DNA of 63,423 bases, the filler included. It is 6 parts of 6 records of this genome, joined end to end, with 100 filler letters (N's around TTAATTAATTAA, not from the genome) between each part and the next. Parts side by side here need not be neighbours in the genome. Positions count along the whole stretch, not along the records: positions 25,521 to 43,988 come from SRR31147125_1292; positions 44,089 to 54,647 come from SRR31147125_1295; 4 more parts are not named here. The stretch is one strand, 5' to 3'. Both the position numbers and the translations under genes were made by a program. Within the stretch, counting starts at the first letter, position 1; every line of letters starts with the position of its first letter. Below are positions 41,514-51,412 of the stretch, one piece after another. The notes beneath the pieces were generated by a model. The model searched no databases. It was not told where the DNA came from and saw nothing but the letters and a program-made list of their open reading frames with translations.

Positions 41514-41698
41514 AAATAATCGAATTTAATAAAAAACAATAATATTAGTATAAATGTATTACTTGAAATGTTGGGACAGCAAAAAATATAAAGTGCACAA
41601 TCCTAAAGTGTCATCAAATGGTAGTTAAATAAAGAGTGTGCTGAGCTTGTACTATATAAATAGTAAAGATATAAATAAAAAAGAGGAGAATACGAATA

Positions 41699-43075
41699 AT
41701 GAAAAAAATACTATCCATATTTATTACCGTATTAGTGCTGTTAAGCATGACGGCATGTGGAGGACAGGAACCAGAGAGAGAACAGGATCAGGACGAGCAG
41801 AGGGAAAAAACATCCGAACAGACGCCTGCGCCAACGCCTACATCAACTCCAACGCTTTCCCCGGCAGAGGTGTTTGGACAGGAGAAAGGTGTAATGATAC
41901 CAAATATAGACAAAGAAATTGTAACAGACATCGAAGAGATAAAAAGTATACTTGGGGAGTATCCTTACTGGTCACAGATTGTTACAGATGATGCCAAGCT
42001 TTATGGCGAAACTTATATTATTTGGTATAAGGAAGACGGCAGATACCGTACTTATTCAGATTTCCTTGACATTGGATACGGTGCGGGTGTGTGGTACTTT
42101 GAGGATGATATGCTTATAACTGAATCAGTATTTCGTTTAGATGATAGTTTGATAGCAGATTTACAAGACACGGAATTGGTCGATAATGAAGAATTAGCAG
42201 ATGAGTTCACGGAGTTTTTGGATGATTATAAAACCAAAGAGACTCTTATTGCTGCTGAGCTTGATGATGGCATACACCTATATTCTTGTGCAGAGCAAGG
42301 ATTTATAGAATATATTCCAGCAACAGATAAAGAGAAGCTAATTGTGTCGACAGATACTGATTCTATTGCAAACATAAGATATTTCTTGTGTTCGGCAACA
42401 TGGTTGCTTGTAGGGCATTATGATGAAGAACAAAATTATTCTCACCGTCCAAACAATGTCGCATACACTTTTTTGGCAGATGGTCAGTTGGTGGTAAGAC
42501 AAGATGGGAAAAACATACCTGGTCATTATACACTAAATGTGGGAGACGGGGGTTTCTTTAAGTTAAACTACTTACTCGAAGATGGGCAGGCACATGAGAC
42601 TCCGCTTTGGGTAGATAATTCATCCTCGTATGCATCTAGTCTGTTTTTATACCCAGAGTATATGATCAATGCGAGTGATGTATATATGGCAAAACACAAG
42701 TATAATGTGTCCAATTGTGTTGTTGAAGGCGAAGCAATACCAAAATATGAAGAACCTGCAATTTCATGGTCAGTGCAAATTGGTGATAGAAAGTTCCAAA
42801 ACGATGAAATAAAAGTTGATGCACCTATTAGAATAGTGGATAGTCAGGCATGTCTCGGATATATGATTGATACTCTTGTGGAATTTGCGGATATGGAAAT
42901 AGGAGATTCTGTAGAGATTGTATTTGCAGACGGCGAAACGGTGGATATTAGTAATCCATCCCAAGCCCTGCTTACCTTTCATATCGAAGGAGTGAATCTA
43001 GAGGCTCCTGTTTTGGTTTTGGTTGACGAGAATAAAATATACAGTTCGGCAGTAATCGAAATAAAAGTCAATTAA
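41699..43075 (+). CDS. Hypothetical lipoprotein
   Basis: MKKILSIF...LSMTAC lipobox and a PT-rich linker. Its C-terminal domain is shared with 43167-43631. Confidence 0.8.
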   Translation: MKKILSIFITVLVLLSMTACGGQEPEREQDQDEQREKTSEQTPAPTPTSTPTLSPAEVFGQEKGVMIPNIDKEIVTDIEEIKSILGEYPYWSQIVTDDAKLYGETYIIWYKEDGRYRTYSDFLDIGYGAGVWYFEDDMLITESVFRLDDSLIADLQDTELVDNEELADEFTEFLDDYKTKETLIAAELDDGIHLYSCAEQGFIEYIPATDKEKLIVSTDTDSIANIRYFLCSATWLLVGHYDEEQNYSHRPNNVAYTFLADGQLVVRQDGKNIPGHYTLNVGDGGFFKLNYLLEDGQAHETPLWVDNSSSYASSLFLYPEYMINASDVYMAKHKYNVSNCVVEGEAIPKYEEPAISWSVQIGDRKFQNDEIKVDAPIRIVDSQACLGYMIDTLVEFADMEIGDSVEIVFADGETVDISNPSQALLTFHIEGVNLEAPVLVLVDENKIYSSAVIEIKVN

Positions 43076-43166
43076 TACTTTTTCTTATGATGAATGCTTG
43101 GAACATAGAAGAAAAGCTAACACAATGATAATAAAATTAAATTAGTAAATAGGGAGATAAAATGAA

Positions 43167-43631
43167 ATGAAAAAACTATTGTTGGTAATGTTTGCAGTTT
43201 TAATGCTTTTTTGCATAGCCGCTTGTGGAGAATCAGAAGCAGAAAAGGATCAAACAGAAGATACGACAGTTGCAGCACCAGAACCAGAGATACCACGTTG
43301 GAGTATAGAAGCAGATAACAGAACAGTAGATAATTTGGATGCTGAAGATGCAGAGAATATTACGATTATACAGATAGATGGTGTTTCATATGAGGGAGTT
43401 AGTATTTATGAACTATATAAAAGTGCTGGAATTAGTATGGATGAAAGTCTGGCAACAGTTTTTACTGCTAATGGTGACAAGCATATTTGTCTTCTAAATG
43501 ATTACTTTTTGATTATTTCAAAAGAAGGTGAATATTTAGATGCACCTGAATTATGTTATGGCGAAGATAAAAAAATCTATGGTAAGATTGTTAAGATAGT
43601 GCTTGGAACAGTTTATATAGGTAGTACTTGA
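43167..43631 (+). CDS. Hypothetical lipoprotein
   Basis: MKKLLLV...CIAAC lipobox. Confidence 0.8.
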   Translation: MKKLLLVMFAVLMLFCIAACGESEAEKDQTEDTTVAAPEPEIPRWSIEADNRTVDNLDAEDAENITIIQIDGVSYEGVSIYELYKSAGISMDESLATVFTANGDKHICLLNDYFLIISKEGEYLDAPELCYGEDKKIYGKIVKIVLGTVYIGST

Positions 43632-43673
43632 TTAATATAAAAAAAAGCGTAAATTTATTTTAGGAGGTAGAAT

Positions 43674-43988
43674 ATGAAAAAGACGATAACATTGATAATT
43701 GTACTTATGCTAGTGTTGAGCATGGTGGCTTGTGGGAAAAATGAAACAGAGACAGAAACCACTATTCCTGTACAAACATCCGAACCAGAACAGGAACAAG
43801 TTGACTGGGAATATGACCAAGCGACAAAGACTCTTTACGTAAATGTTGATATGGGAGCATTTGAGCCTGACGCTCCGGATTTTGACGGAACAACAAGCAA
43901 TGCACCTTGGGCAGAGTATTTGCAGGAGATTGAAAGCATCGTCGTAGGAGACGAGGCAACATTTATTGGAGATTATGCTTTTGCTTTT
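43674..43988 (+). CDS. BspA/LRR_5-type leucine-rich repeat lipoprotein, 3'-truncated
   Basis: Lipobox SMVAC, an LRR_5 cap WEYD..TKTLYV...APW and first repeat IESIVVGDEATFIGDYAF. Confidence 0.7.
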
Positions 43989-44088
43989 NNNNNNNNNNNN
44001 NNNNNNNNNNNNNNNNNNNNNNNNNNNNNNNNTTAATTAATTAANNNNNNNNNNNNNNNNNNNNNNNNNNNNNNNNNNNNNNNNNNNN
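43989..44088. other. Artificial contig spacer
   Basis: N44-TTAATTAATTAA-N44. Confidence 0.98.
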
Positions 44089-44089
44089 A

Positions 44090-44170
44090 AAAGTTGATAT
44101 TTCATCATACATACTAGATGTTGATGTTGATGCATTTCATCAATTGTTGTTAAGTGGGACACTATTATAA
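44090..44170 (+). CDS. C-terminal fragment of a truncated CDS
   Basis: Open frame KVDISSYILDVDVDAFHQLLLSGTLL* from the contig start. Identity unclear. Confidence 0.35.
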   Translation, partial: KVDISSYILDVDVDAFHQLLLSGTLL

Positions 44171-44238
44171 ACTTTATTGTTTGATAGATAGTCTATAATT
44201 TGATAAAATGAGTATAAGAAGTGAAAGGTGGTTAACTT

Positions 44239-45072
44239 ATGGGGAAAGATAAGAAGAATGAAAAAAAATTAGTAGAACAAGAACAAACAACTCAAGATGA
44301 ATCACTTCAAGAGACAAGTGTTCAAGAAACAACATTGTCTAAAAAGGACTTGAGAAAGCAAAAGCGTCAAGAAAAAGAAGATGCTGAGATTTCAAAAGAA
44401 TCTGCTAAAGCGAATAAGAAACAAGCGAAAAAAGCAGAGAATAAAGCTTTAAAGTTAGCAAAAAAAGAAGCTAAGAAACTTAAAAATCTTAATACTAACA
44501 GACCAAAATGGGTCAAGAAATTCTTTAAAAAACAACAAGGTAAACCACAAGACTACATACAAAAATATCTTGCTAAAGATCAAGATAGACTATTAAAACG
44601 CATGCATGCGCTATTAAACCTAGAAGCTGATGATTATCAGAAACTATTTTTTGTTAAAATGCCATGTGCAGTAAATGATAAGACAAATGTTAAATATCGT
44701 TTGAGTGTCGATAAAAATGGTGTTCAAACATTATTATACGATCAAGCATATATCAATATTTTATGTTTTGGCGAAGACACACTCTATCAATATCATGCAC
44801 AAATTGATTATTACACAGGTAGAATTACAGATGAAGCAACTTCAACATTTAGATATTTTGATATTGTGACACTTGACACAAAACTTGGTTATGATAATAA
44901 TGATAAACCAAAATACTTGCAATTTGGTCTATCATTGAGTTTAACAAATGGTCGTTTAGTCAAACTTGATCTAAGAAATCATCGTTTAAATGATGCATAT
45001 GATTTAAACACTGTAATGACGGCACAAGAAGAAAGAATTCTTTCATTACTTAAACTAAAAATGCAAAAATAA
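44239..45072 (+). CDS. Hypothetical protein with a K/E-rich low-complexity N-terminus
   Basis: 277-aa ORF with RBS AAAGGTG and a terminator hairpin at about 45077-45119. Confidence 0.75.
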   Translation: MGKDKKNEKKLVEQEQTTQDESLQETSVQETTLSKKDLRKQKRQEKEDAEISKESAKANKKQAKKAENKALKLAKKEAKKLKNLNTNRPKWVKKFFKKQQGKPQDYIQKYLAKDQDRLLKRMHALLNLEADDYQKLFFVKMPCAVNDKTNVKYRLSVDKNGVQTLLYDQAYINILCFGEDTLYQYHAQIDYYTGRITDEATSTFRYFDIVTLDTKLGYDNNDKPKYLQFGLSLSLTNGRLVKLDLRNHRLNDAYDLNTVMTAQEERILSLLKLKMQK

Positions 45073-45170
45073 TATGCTGATTATGCAATGAATAAGATTT
45101 ATTGCATAATCGGTTTTTTCATTGACTTTTATGGCTTTATTATGTATAATAATTTCGTTGAGGTGATTTT

Positions 45171-45602
45171 ATGAATATTTTATTAGAAACACTTAGAAAT
45201 GAGCCCTCAATGGATTTTATTTTTGATTACAAAAATGAAATCAAAAACATTGATGATATCATTGCAATTAAACCTGCAAACTTCCATATTGATGCATTCT
45301 TTGAAAATGATGAATTAACATTATCAATTATTGGGGATACAATGCTGACACAACCTTGTGCAAAGACATTGAAACCTGTTGATGTTAATATTCATGTTAA
45401 AACGACATTGATACTTAGTCGTAACGAAGATGCTGATTATATGTTAGAAGATGAAATAGATTTAAGGTCCATTTTATTTGGTACAATCATCGCTGAAAAA
45501 CCATACGTGGTTTATCATCCAGATGCAAAAGACGTTTCTTTTGATAAAGAAAAGCGTCCACATCCTGCATTTGCTGATTTAGATAAATTGTTTGAAAAAT
45601 AG
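45171..45602 (+). CDS. yceD: YceD/DUF177 family protein
   Basis: [12 protein letters not shown] and HPAFADL. Immediately upstream of rpmF. Confidence 0.85.
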   Translation: MNILLETLRNEPSMDFIFDYKNEIKNIDDIIAIKPANFHIDAFFENDELTLSIIGDTMLTQPCAKTLKPVDVNIHVKTTLILSRNEDADYMLEDEIDLRSILFGTIIAEKPYVVYHPDAKDVSFDKEKRPHPAFADLDKLFEK

Positions 45603-45616
45603 TAGGAGGTGAACAC

Positions 45617-45808
45617 ATGGCTGTTCCATTTCGTAGAACCGGTAAAACTGCTAAGAGAAAAAGACGTACGCATTATAAATTAACTGCGCCTGCATTAGTT
45701 GTTTGCCCACAAACTGGTGAATTCACACTTCCGCACAGAGTTACACCAAACAGTGGTTATTACAAAGGTCAAAAAGTATTAACTAAAAAAGAAACAAAAG
45801 CGGAATAA
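45617..45808 (+). CDS. rpmF: 50S ribosomal protein L32
   Basis: [19 protein letters not shown]...LPHRV...GYYKG. Confidence 0.97.
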   Translation: MAVPFRRTGKTAKRKRRTHYKLTAPALVVCPQTGEFTLPHRVTPNSGYYKGQKVLTKKETKAE

Positions 45809-45809
45809 G

Positions 45810-45833
45810 AAAAGGTGCTAAAGGCACCTTTTT
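45810..45833 (+). terminator. Intrinsic terminator
   Basis: AAAAGGTGC / GCACCTTTT stem. Confidence 0.7.
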
Positions 45834-45881
45834 CTTTGCAATAAATTGACAAAATCATGAAATTTCTATATATTAGAATTA

Positions 45882-46802
45882 ATGAAAAAGGATAAACTTA
45901 TGAAACATGTCACAGTATTAAAAAATGAAGCCATAGATTATTTAAATATTAAGCCAAACGGCATCTATGTAGATGGCACACTTGGTGGTGCAGGACATTC
46001 CCTTGAAATCTTAAAAAGATTAGATCAAGGCTTTTTGTATGCATTTGATCAAGATGATTACGCGATTAAGGTTGCAAAACAAAAACTTGTTGATTTTTCG
46101 CAATTTGAAGTCATTAAAAGTAATTTCATGTTTATGAAAGAAGAACTTTTAAAACGAGGTGTTACTAAGATTGATGGACTACTCCTAGATTTGGGACTAT
46201 CTTCTTTTCAAATCGATGATGTTGATCGCGGATTTACTTATTTAAAAGATACTGCACTTGATATGCGTATGAATCAAACACAAACACTAACAGCTAAACA
46301 TATATTAAATACATATGATAAGGAAAGTTTATCAAAAATATTTTTTGTTTATGGTGAAGAAAGAAATAGTTTTAAGATTACCGATGAAATTATAAGAAGA
46401 CGCCCATTAGAAACAACAATGGACTTAGTCAATATCACCGATAAAATTAACTACAAGCAAAAAGGCCATAGTGCAAAAAGAGTATTTCAAGCACTAAGAA
46501 TTGCAGTTAATAAAGAGTTAGACGTACTTGAGAAAATATTGGATGATGTGGTGGATATGCTTAACCCTGGTGGAAGAATATCGATCATTACTTTCCATTC
46601 ATTAGAAGATAGGATTGTGAAACATTTTTATAAAAAAGAAAGTACTCAAAAAGTCATTAAAGGTATGCCTGTGATGGAAAATGACACAAGAAAACTAAAA
46701 ATCATCACGAGAAAACCTATTTATCCAACACAAGAAGAACAAATGATAAATTCTAGAAGTAAGTCAGCTAAATTAAGAGTCGCAGAAAGGACAAACATAT
46801 GA
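45882..46802 (+). CDS. rsmH: 16S rRNA m4C1402 methyltransferase
   Basis: [42 protein letters not shown] and RSKSAKLR. The start may be 45900. Confidence 0.96.
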   Translation: MKKDKLMKHVTVLKNEAIDYLNIKPNGIYVDGTLGGAGHSLEILKRLDQGFLYAFDQDDYAIKVAKQKLVDFSQFEVIKSNFMFMKEELLKRGVTKIDGLLLDLGLSSFQIDDVDRGFTYLKDTALDMRMNQTQTLTAKHILNTYDKESLSKIFFVYGEERNSFKITDEIIRRRPLETTMDLVNITDKINYKQKGHSAKRVFQALRIAVNKELDVLEKILDDVVDMLNPGGRISIITFHSLEDRIVKHFYKKESTQKVIKGMPVMENDTRKLKIITRKPIYPTQEEQMINSRSKSAKLRVAERTNI

Positions 46803-47185
46803 AAATTGCTTTAATCGCACATGATAAGAAAAAAACTGATCTTGTCGGATTTGTTCAAAAACACATAGAGGTTTTTAAGCAGTGTGAGTTATATGCTACA
46901 GGAACAACTGGAACAATTTTAACAAGACACACAGGATTATCCATTCATAAAAAGAAATCTGGTCCACTTGGTGGTGACCAAGAAATAGGTTCAATGGTTG
47001 CAAATCAGCTTATTGATATGATTATTTTCTTTAGAGATCCGTTAACAGCCCAACCACATGAACCCGATGTATCCGCATTGTTAAGATTAAGTGATCATTA
47101 TGAAATACCTCTAGCAACCAATATATCAACAGCAACATACTTTGTTGAAGCGCTACAATTTGAAATGCAAAATAAAAAGGTGTAA
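46799..47185 (+). CDS. mgsA: Methylglyoxal synthase
   Basis: [27 protein letters not shown] and HEPDV. Confidence 0.96.
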   Translation: MKIALIAHDKKKTDLVGFVQKHIEVFKQCELYATGTTGTILTRHTGLSIHKKKSGPLGGDQEIGSMVANQLIDMIIFFRDPLTAQPHEPDVSALLRLSDHYEIPLATNISTATYFVEALQFEMQNKKV

Positions 47186-47201
47186 TGATACACCTTTTTC
47201 A

Positions 47202-47624
47202 TTAGTTTTTCTTTTTTGATGCTGATATGATGATGCGAATATATTCTAAATCTAAATCTTTAAACGCGTCATTACTTGTGATAAACTCAAATATTTCTGG
47301 TGAGTTGACTTCAGTAATTTCGTTTGTTTCACGATTCATAATATGAATGTGACTATCAGAGCTATGTTCTGGATTGTCCAGTGCTAAGTCGTAATATTTA
47401 ACATTGTCAATATAGATTTCAATGACCATTTTATGATCCATTAAAAACTCAAGATTATTATAGATAGTTGAAACATTATAAAATCCTCTATTGGCAAGTG
47501 CTTTTTGGATTTCTTTAAATGTTAAGTGTTTATTTTCTAATATTTCAATCATAGCTTGACGAGATTTAGTTAGTCTTAATTTTTGTGAACGAATCTTTTG
47601 ATAATAACGTTCTTTTAAGTCCAT
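47202..47624 (-). CDS. Fur family transcriptional regulator
   Basis: LRLTKSRQAMIEIL, STIYNNL and SHIHI, with RBS AAGGAG. A bidirectional terminator at about 47174-47199 is shared with mgsA. Confidence 0.8.
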   Translation of the reverse strand: MDLKERYYQKIRSQKLRLTKSRQAMIEILENKHLTFKEIQKALANRGFYNVSTIYNNLEFLMDHKMVIEIYIDNVKYYDLALDNPEHSSDSHIHIMNRETNEITEVNSPEIFEFITSNDAFKDLDLEYIRIIISASKKKN

Positions 47625-47783
47625 TTTACATACTCCTTTTAATAAATAGATAGAGTGATCTATTTTCACTAAAATTATAACAGTATTTATAATAAATTTA
47701 AAGAAATATGCTTAACTAAGCAATCTTTAAGATATCTCATATAGAACGTTCTATTATTATGTTATAATAATAATGGTGATTTT

Positions 47784-48350
47784 ATGAATTTTGTATATGG
47801 TGGATCGTTTAATCCGCCAACATGTGCTCACAAAAAAATTGTATTAAAATTAAAAGAAATGATACCAAATAGTCAAATTATACTCTTACCAGTCGGTGAT
47901 GTATATCATAAAGACGATTTAGTTGATTTTGAGCATCGTTTTCGTATGCTTGAACTTTTATTTAAAGATATGGATCAAATCTATATTTCTAGGCTTGAAC
48001 AAACATCTAACTTTCATGGTACGATTTATAGTTTAGATGCTTTAAGTGAAACCTATCAAGATTTATGTTTTGTGATGGGTTCTGATCAATTAAAGGATTT
48101 AAAAAAATGGATTCGTGTTGAAGCATTGTTAAAAAAATATCCCATGATGATATTGCAACGCGATAAAGATTTAGATGTTGAAAAGATTGAGCATGCATTT
48201 GATATGTATGAACATGAGTTCATTTGGATACCTTTTGATGAAGATATCTCTTCAACAAAAGCAAGAAAACATAAGCATTTAAGACCAAGTATCTTAAGTC
48301 AAGAAGTGATTCAATATATTAATCGGAATCACTTGTATGAGGAGTCATAA
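47784..48350 (+). CDS. nadD: Nicotinate-nucleotide adenylyltransferase
   Basis: YGGSFNPPTCAH, FVMGSD, ISST and YI..HLY. Confidence 0.9.
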   Translation: MNFVYGGSFNPPTCAHKKIVLKLKEMIPNSQIILLPVGDVYHKDDLVDFEHRFRMLELLFKDMDQIYISRLEQTSNFHGTIYSLDALSETYQDLCFVMGSDQLKDLKKWIRVEALLKKYPMMILQRDKDLDVEKIEHAFDMYEHEFIWIPFDEDISSTKARKHKHLRPSILSQEVIQYINRNHLYEES

Positions 48351-48351
48351 T

Positions 48352-50214
48352 ATGTATAAACATGGATTTTTAAAAGTTAGTGCTGCAACACCAAAAATAC
48401 ATGTTGGTGATATCGCACATAACAAAGACCAAATTATTGGGTTGTTAAATCAATCAAAAGCTAGTATGATTGTTTTTCCTGAATTGACAATTACAGGTTA
48501 TTCAGCAAGCGATCTTTTTTATCAAGGCAAATTTTTAGAAGATGCAAAAGAAGCACTTCATGATATTTTAAAACAGACCACTTTTCAAGGTGTCTATATT
48601 TTAGGTATGCCACTAGAAGTTTTAGGTGTATTATATAATGTTGCAGTTGTTTGCCAACAACAACACATATTGGGTGTTGTGCCTAAACACTATATTCCAA
48701 ATAGTAAAGAATTTTATGAAAAAAGATGGTTTCATTCAGGCTTGAATACTGAGATTAAACATATGAGATTATTTGGACAAGATATTTCATTTGGCTATTT
48801 ATTATTTGAGCATGAAAAAACAAATATACGTTTTGGTGTTGAAATTTGTCAAGATATTTGGGCAACTTATACACCAAGTGATGAATTAAGCCTACATGGA
48901 GCATCAATTATCTTTAATTTATCAGCATCAAGTGAACATGTTGGTAAACAAGACAGTAGAAGACATGTTGTTCTAGATCATTCAAGAAAGCAAATGGCTG
49001 CCTATGTATATACAACAACAGGTCATTATGAGTCATCTTCAGAACTTGTTTATTCATCGCATAAACTTATTGCGTCTATGGGACAATTAATTGCAGAAAG
49101 TATGCCATTTGAGATTGAAGAAACGATGTTAAATGCTGACCTTGATATGACTGCGATTATGTATCAAAAACGTCAAGATTCAACGTATAGGGACTTTCAC
49201 ATGCAGTTAAAACATGCATATCAAGTGATTCCATTTCAATTAGAGGATACAAAAACGTATGTGTTTGAACAACCCATTGATCAAACACCATTTATACAAA
49301 AGAAAAATATGATTGAAGATATAAAAGTAGCCAATCATTTACAAATTTATGCGTTAATTAAAAAACTTAATGCGCTACCACAATCTGCGAATAAAATGAT
49401 TATAGGTATTTCTGGAGGGCTTGACTCTGCACTTGCGCTACTTGTTGCACATCAAGCAATAAAACTCTTAAAGCGAGACCCTAAAGATATTATTGCAGTC
49501 ACTATGCCAGCACATGTGACATCTAGTCAATCCAAATCACAAGCAATTAATTTAATGGATAAATTAGGAGTTACTGCATTAGAAATCCCCATTAAAGATG
49601 ATGTAAGCCAACATTTAAAATCAATTAATCATGATCAATTAGATGTCACTTATGAGAATGCTCAAGCACGCATACGCACACTGATTTTGATGGATCTTGC
49701 GAATAAATATGGTGGTTTTGTACTAGGGACTGGTGATTTATCAGAAATTGCTCTTGGATGGATGACTTATAATGGTGATCAGATGAGTATGTATGCTATT
49801 AATGCGGGTCTTCCTAAAACATGGGTAAAAATTCTTATTGATTATCATGCGAAAACTGATTATAAAGATGTTAGTGATACACTATACCATATTTTAAATG
49901 CACCCATCACACCTGAGTTGTTAAATAATCAAGATACAGAAGCATCTATTGGTAAATATGAAATTAATGATTTTATACTGTATCATCATCTTGAACGTGG
50001 TGCAGATGAAGAAAAACTTAAATGGCTTTTATCCTTCGCATTTAAGTTAGACGAAAAAGAAATTGATGTGTATGTCAATCGATTCTTTAAAAGATTTTAT
50101 ACGCAACAATTTAAAAGACAAACATTACCCGAAGGACCAAAAATATTATCAATCAGCTTGTCACCTCGAGGAGAATATAGGATGCCAAGTGATGTAGGAA
50201 AAGTGATTAAATGA
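48352..50214 (+). CDS. nadE: Glutamine-dependent NAD+ synthetase
   Basis: Nitrilase domain (VFPEL, EFYEKRWF, EICQD) plus synthetase domain (GISGGLDS, ENAQARIR, GTGDLSE). Confidence 0.95.
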   Translation: MYKHGFLKVSAATPKIHVGDIAHNKDQIIGLLNQSKASMIVFPELTITGYSASDLFYQGKFLEDAKEALHDILKQTTFQGVYILGMPLEVLGVLYNVAVVCQQQHILGVVPKHYIPNSKEFYEKRWFHSGLNTEIKHMRLFGQDISFGYLLFEHEKTNIRFGVEICQDIWATYTPSDELSLHGASIIFNLSASSEHVGKQDSRRHVVLDHSRKQMAAYVYTTTGHYESSSELVYSSHKLIASMGQLIAESMPFEIEETMLNADLDMTAIMYQKRQDSTYRDFHMQLKHAYQVIPFQLEDTKTYVFEQPIDQTPFIQKKNMIEDIKVANHLQIYALIKKLNALPQSANKMIIGISGGLDSALALLVAHQAIKLLKRDPKDIIAVTMPAHVTSSQSKSQAINLMDKLGVTALEIPIKDDVSQHLKSINHDQLDVTYENAQARIRTLILMDLANKYGGFVLGTGDLSEIALGWMTYNGDQMSMYAINAGLPKTWVKILIDYHAKTDYKDVSDTLYHILNAPITPELLNNQDTEASIGKYEINDFILYHHLERGADEEKLKWLLSFAFKLDEKEIDVYVNRFFKRFYTQQFKRQTLPEGPKILSISLSPRGEYRMPSDVGKVIK

Positions 50215-51341
50215 AAAAAGAAAAAGTGATTATAGGCTTATCAGGAGGCGTAGACTCTTCTGTAGCCGCATATTTATTATTACAAGATGGTTATGAAGTA
50301 GAAGCTGTATTTATGAGAAACTGGGATAGTGCAACAAATCTTGATTATAAAGGCAATCCAACAGCATTTGATGAAGTTTGCGAGCAAGAAAAAGATTATC
50401 AGGATGCAGTTGAAGTAGCCGACAAATTAGGGATTAAACTACACCGTGTAGATTTTATAGAAGATTATTGGGATCGTGTGTTTACATATTTTTTAGATGA
50501 ATACAAAAAAAATAGAACACCAAATCCAGATGTATTGTGTAATAACGAAATTAAATTTAAGGCATTTATTGATTATGTTGAAAAGTTTAATCCAGATTAT
50601 ATTGCTATGGGTCATTATGCACAAGTTGATCTACAAGGTGACACACCTAAACTTCTTAGAGGGTTTGATAACAATAAGGACCAAACATACTTTTTATCAC
50701 AATTAAGAAGTGATCAATTAATGCATGTTAAATTCCCAATCGGTCATTTAAACAAAAAAGAAGTTAGAGAGATTGCGAAAAGAGAAGGTCTGGCAACTGC
50801 TGATAAAAAAGATTCAACAGGTATTTGTTTTATTGGCGAAAGACATTTCAGTGATTTTTTAAGCAATTATTTACCAGCACAACCGGGTGATATGAAAACC
50901 TTAGATGGTAAAGTGATTAAAAAACATAGAGGTCTTATGAACTATACCATTGGACAAAGAAAAGGCTTAGGTATTGGTGGAACTAAAGATACGCAAGCGC
51001 CTTGGTTTGTTGTGGGAAAAGATTTAAAGACAAATACACTATATGTTGAACCAGATGGCGATCATCCGCATCTGTATTCTGATGAAGCTATGATTACAGA
51101 AGTGATATGGCGTGGTCCAAAAATTGATGGTGATATGACTGCTAAATTTAGATATCGTCAACCCGATCAAAAAGTTCATGTCACATGGATAGATGATACG
51201 ACTATTCGTGTTTCATATCCTCAAGGAATTAAAGCAGTAACACCTGGACAAGTTTGTGCATTTTATCAAAATGAAGTATGTTTAGGCGCTGGTTTTATTG
51301 ATCAAGTATGGATGGATAAAAAGTTAAGACAATATAGCTAA
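50211..51341 (+). CDS. mnmA: tRNA 2-thiouridylase MnmA
   Basis: SGGVDS, TPNPDVLCN, KDQTYFL, DSTGICFIG and TIGQRKG. Confidence 0.97.
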   Translation: MKKEKVIIGLSGGVDSSVAAYLLLQDGYEVEAVFMRNWDSATNLDYKGNPTAFDEVCEQEKDYQDAVEVADKLGIKLHRVDFIEDYWDRVFTYFLDEYKKNRTPNPDVLCNNEIKFKAFIDYVEKFNPDYIAMGHYAQVDLQGDTPKLLRGFDNNKDQTYFLSQLRSDQLMHVKFPIGHLNKKEVREIAKREGLATADKKDSTGICFIGERHFSDFLSNYLPAQPGDMKTLDGKVIKKHRGLMNYTIGQRKGLGIGGTKDTQAPWFVVGKDLKTNTLYVEPDGDHPHLYSDEAMITEVIWRGPKIDGDMTAKFRYRQPDQKVHVTWIDDTTIRVSYPQGIKAVTPGQVCAFYQNEVCLGAGFIDQVWMDKKLRQYS

Positions 51342-51412
51342 AAGGAACTATGTTCCTTTTTTTATTGTCGATATAAGATATAATAAAGTGACATATAATG
51401 ATTGGAGCAAGT

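Noticed and set aside
47784..47830. NadD TCAH instead of HxGH, and the neighbouring Fur lacking CxxC motifs
   Set aside because: (T/H)xxH variants and Cys-less Fur proteins are known natural variation.
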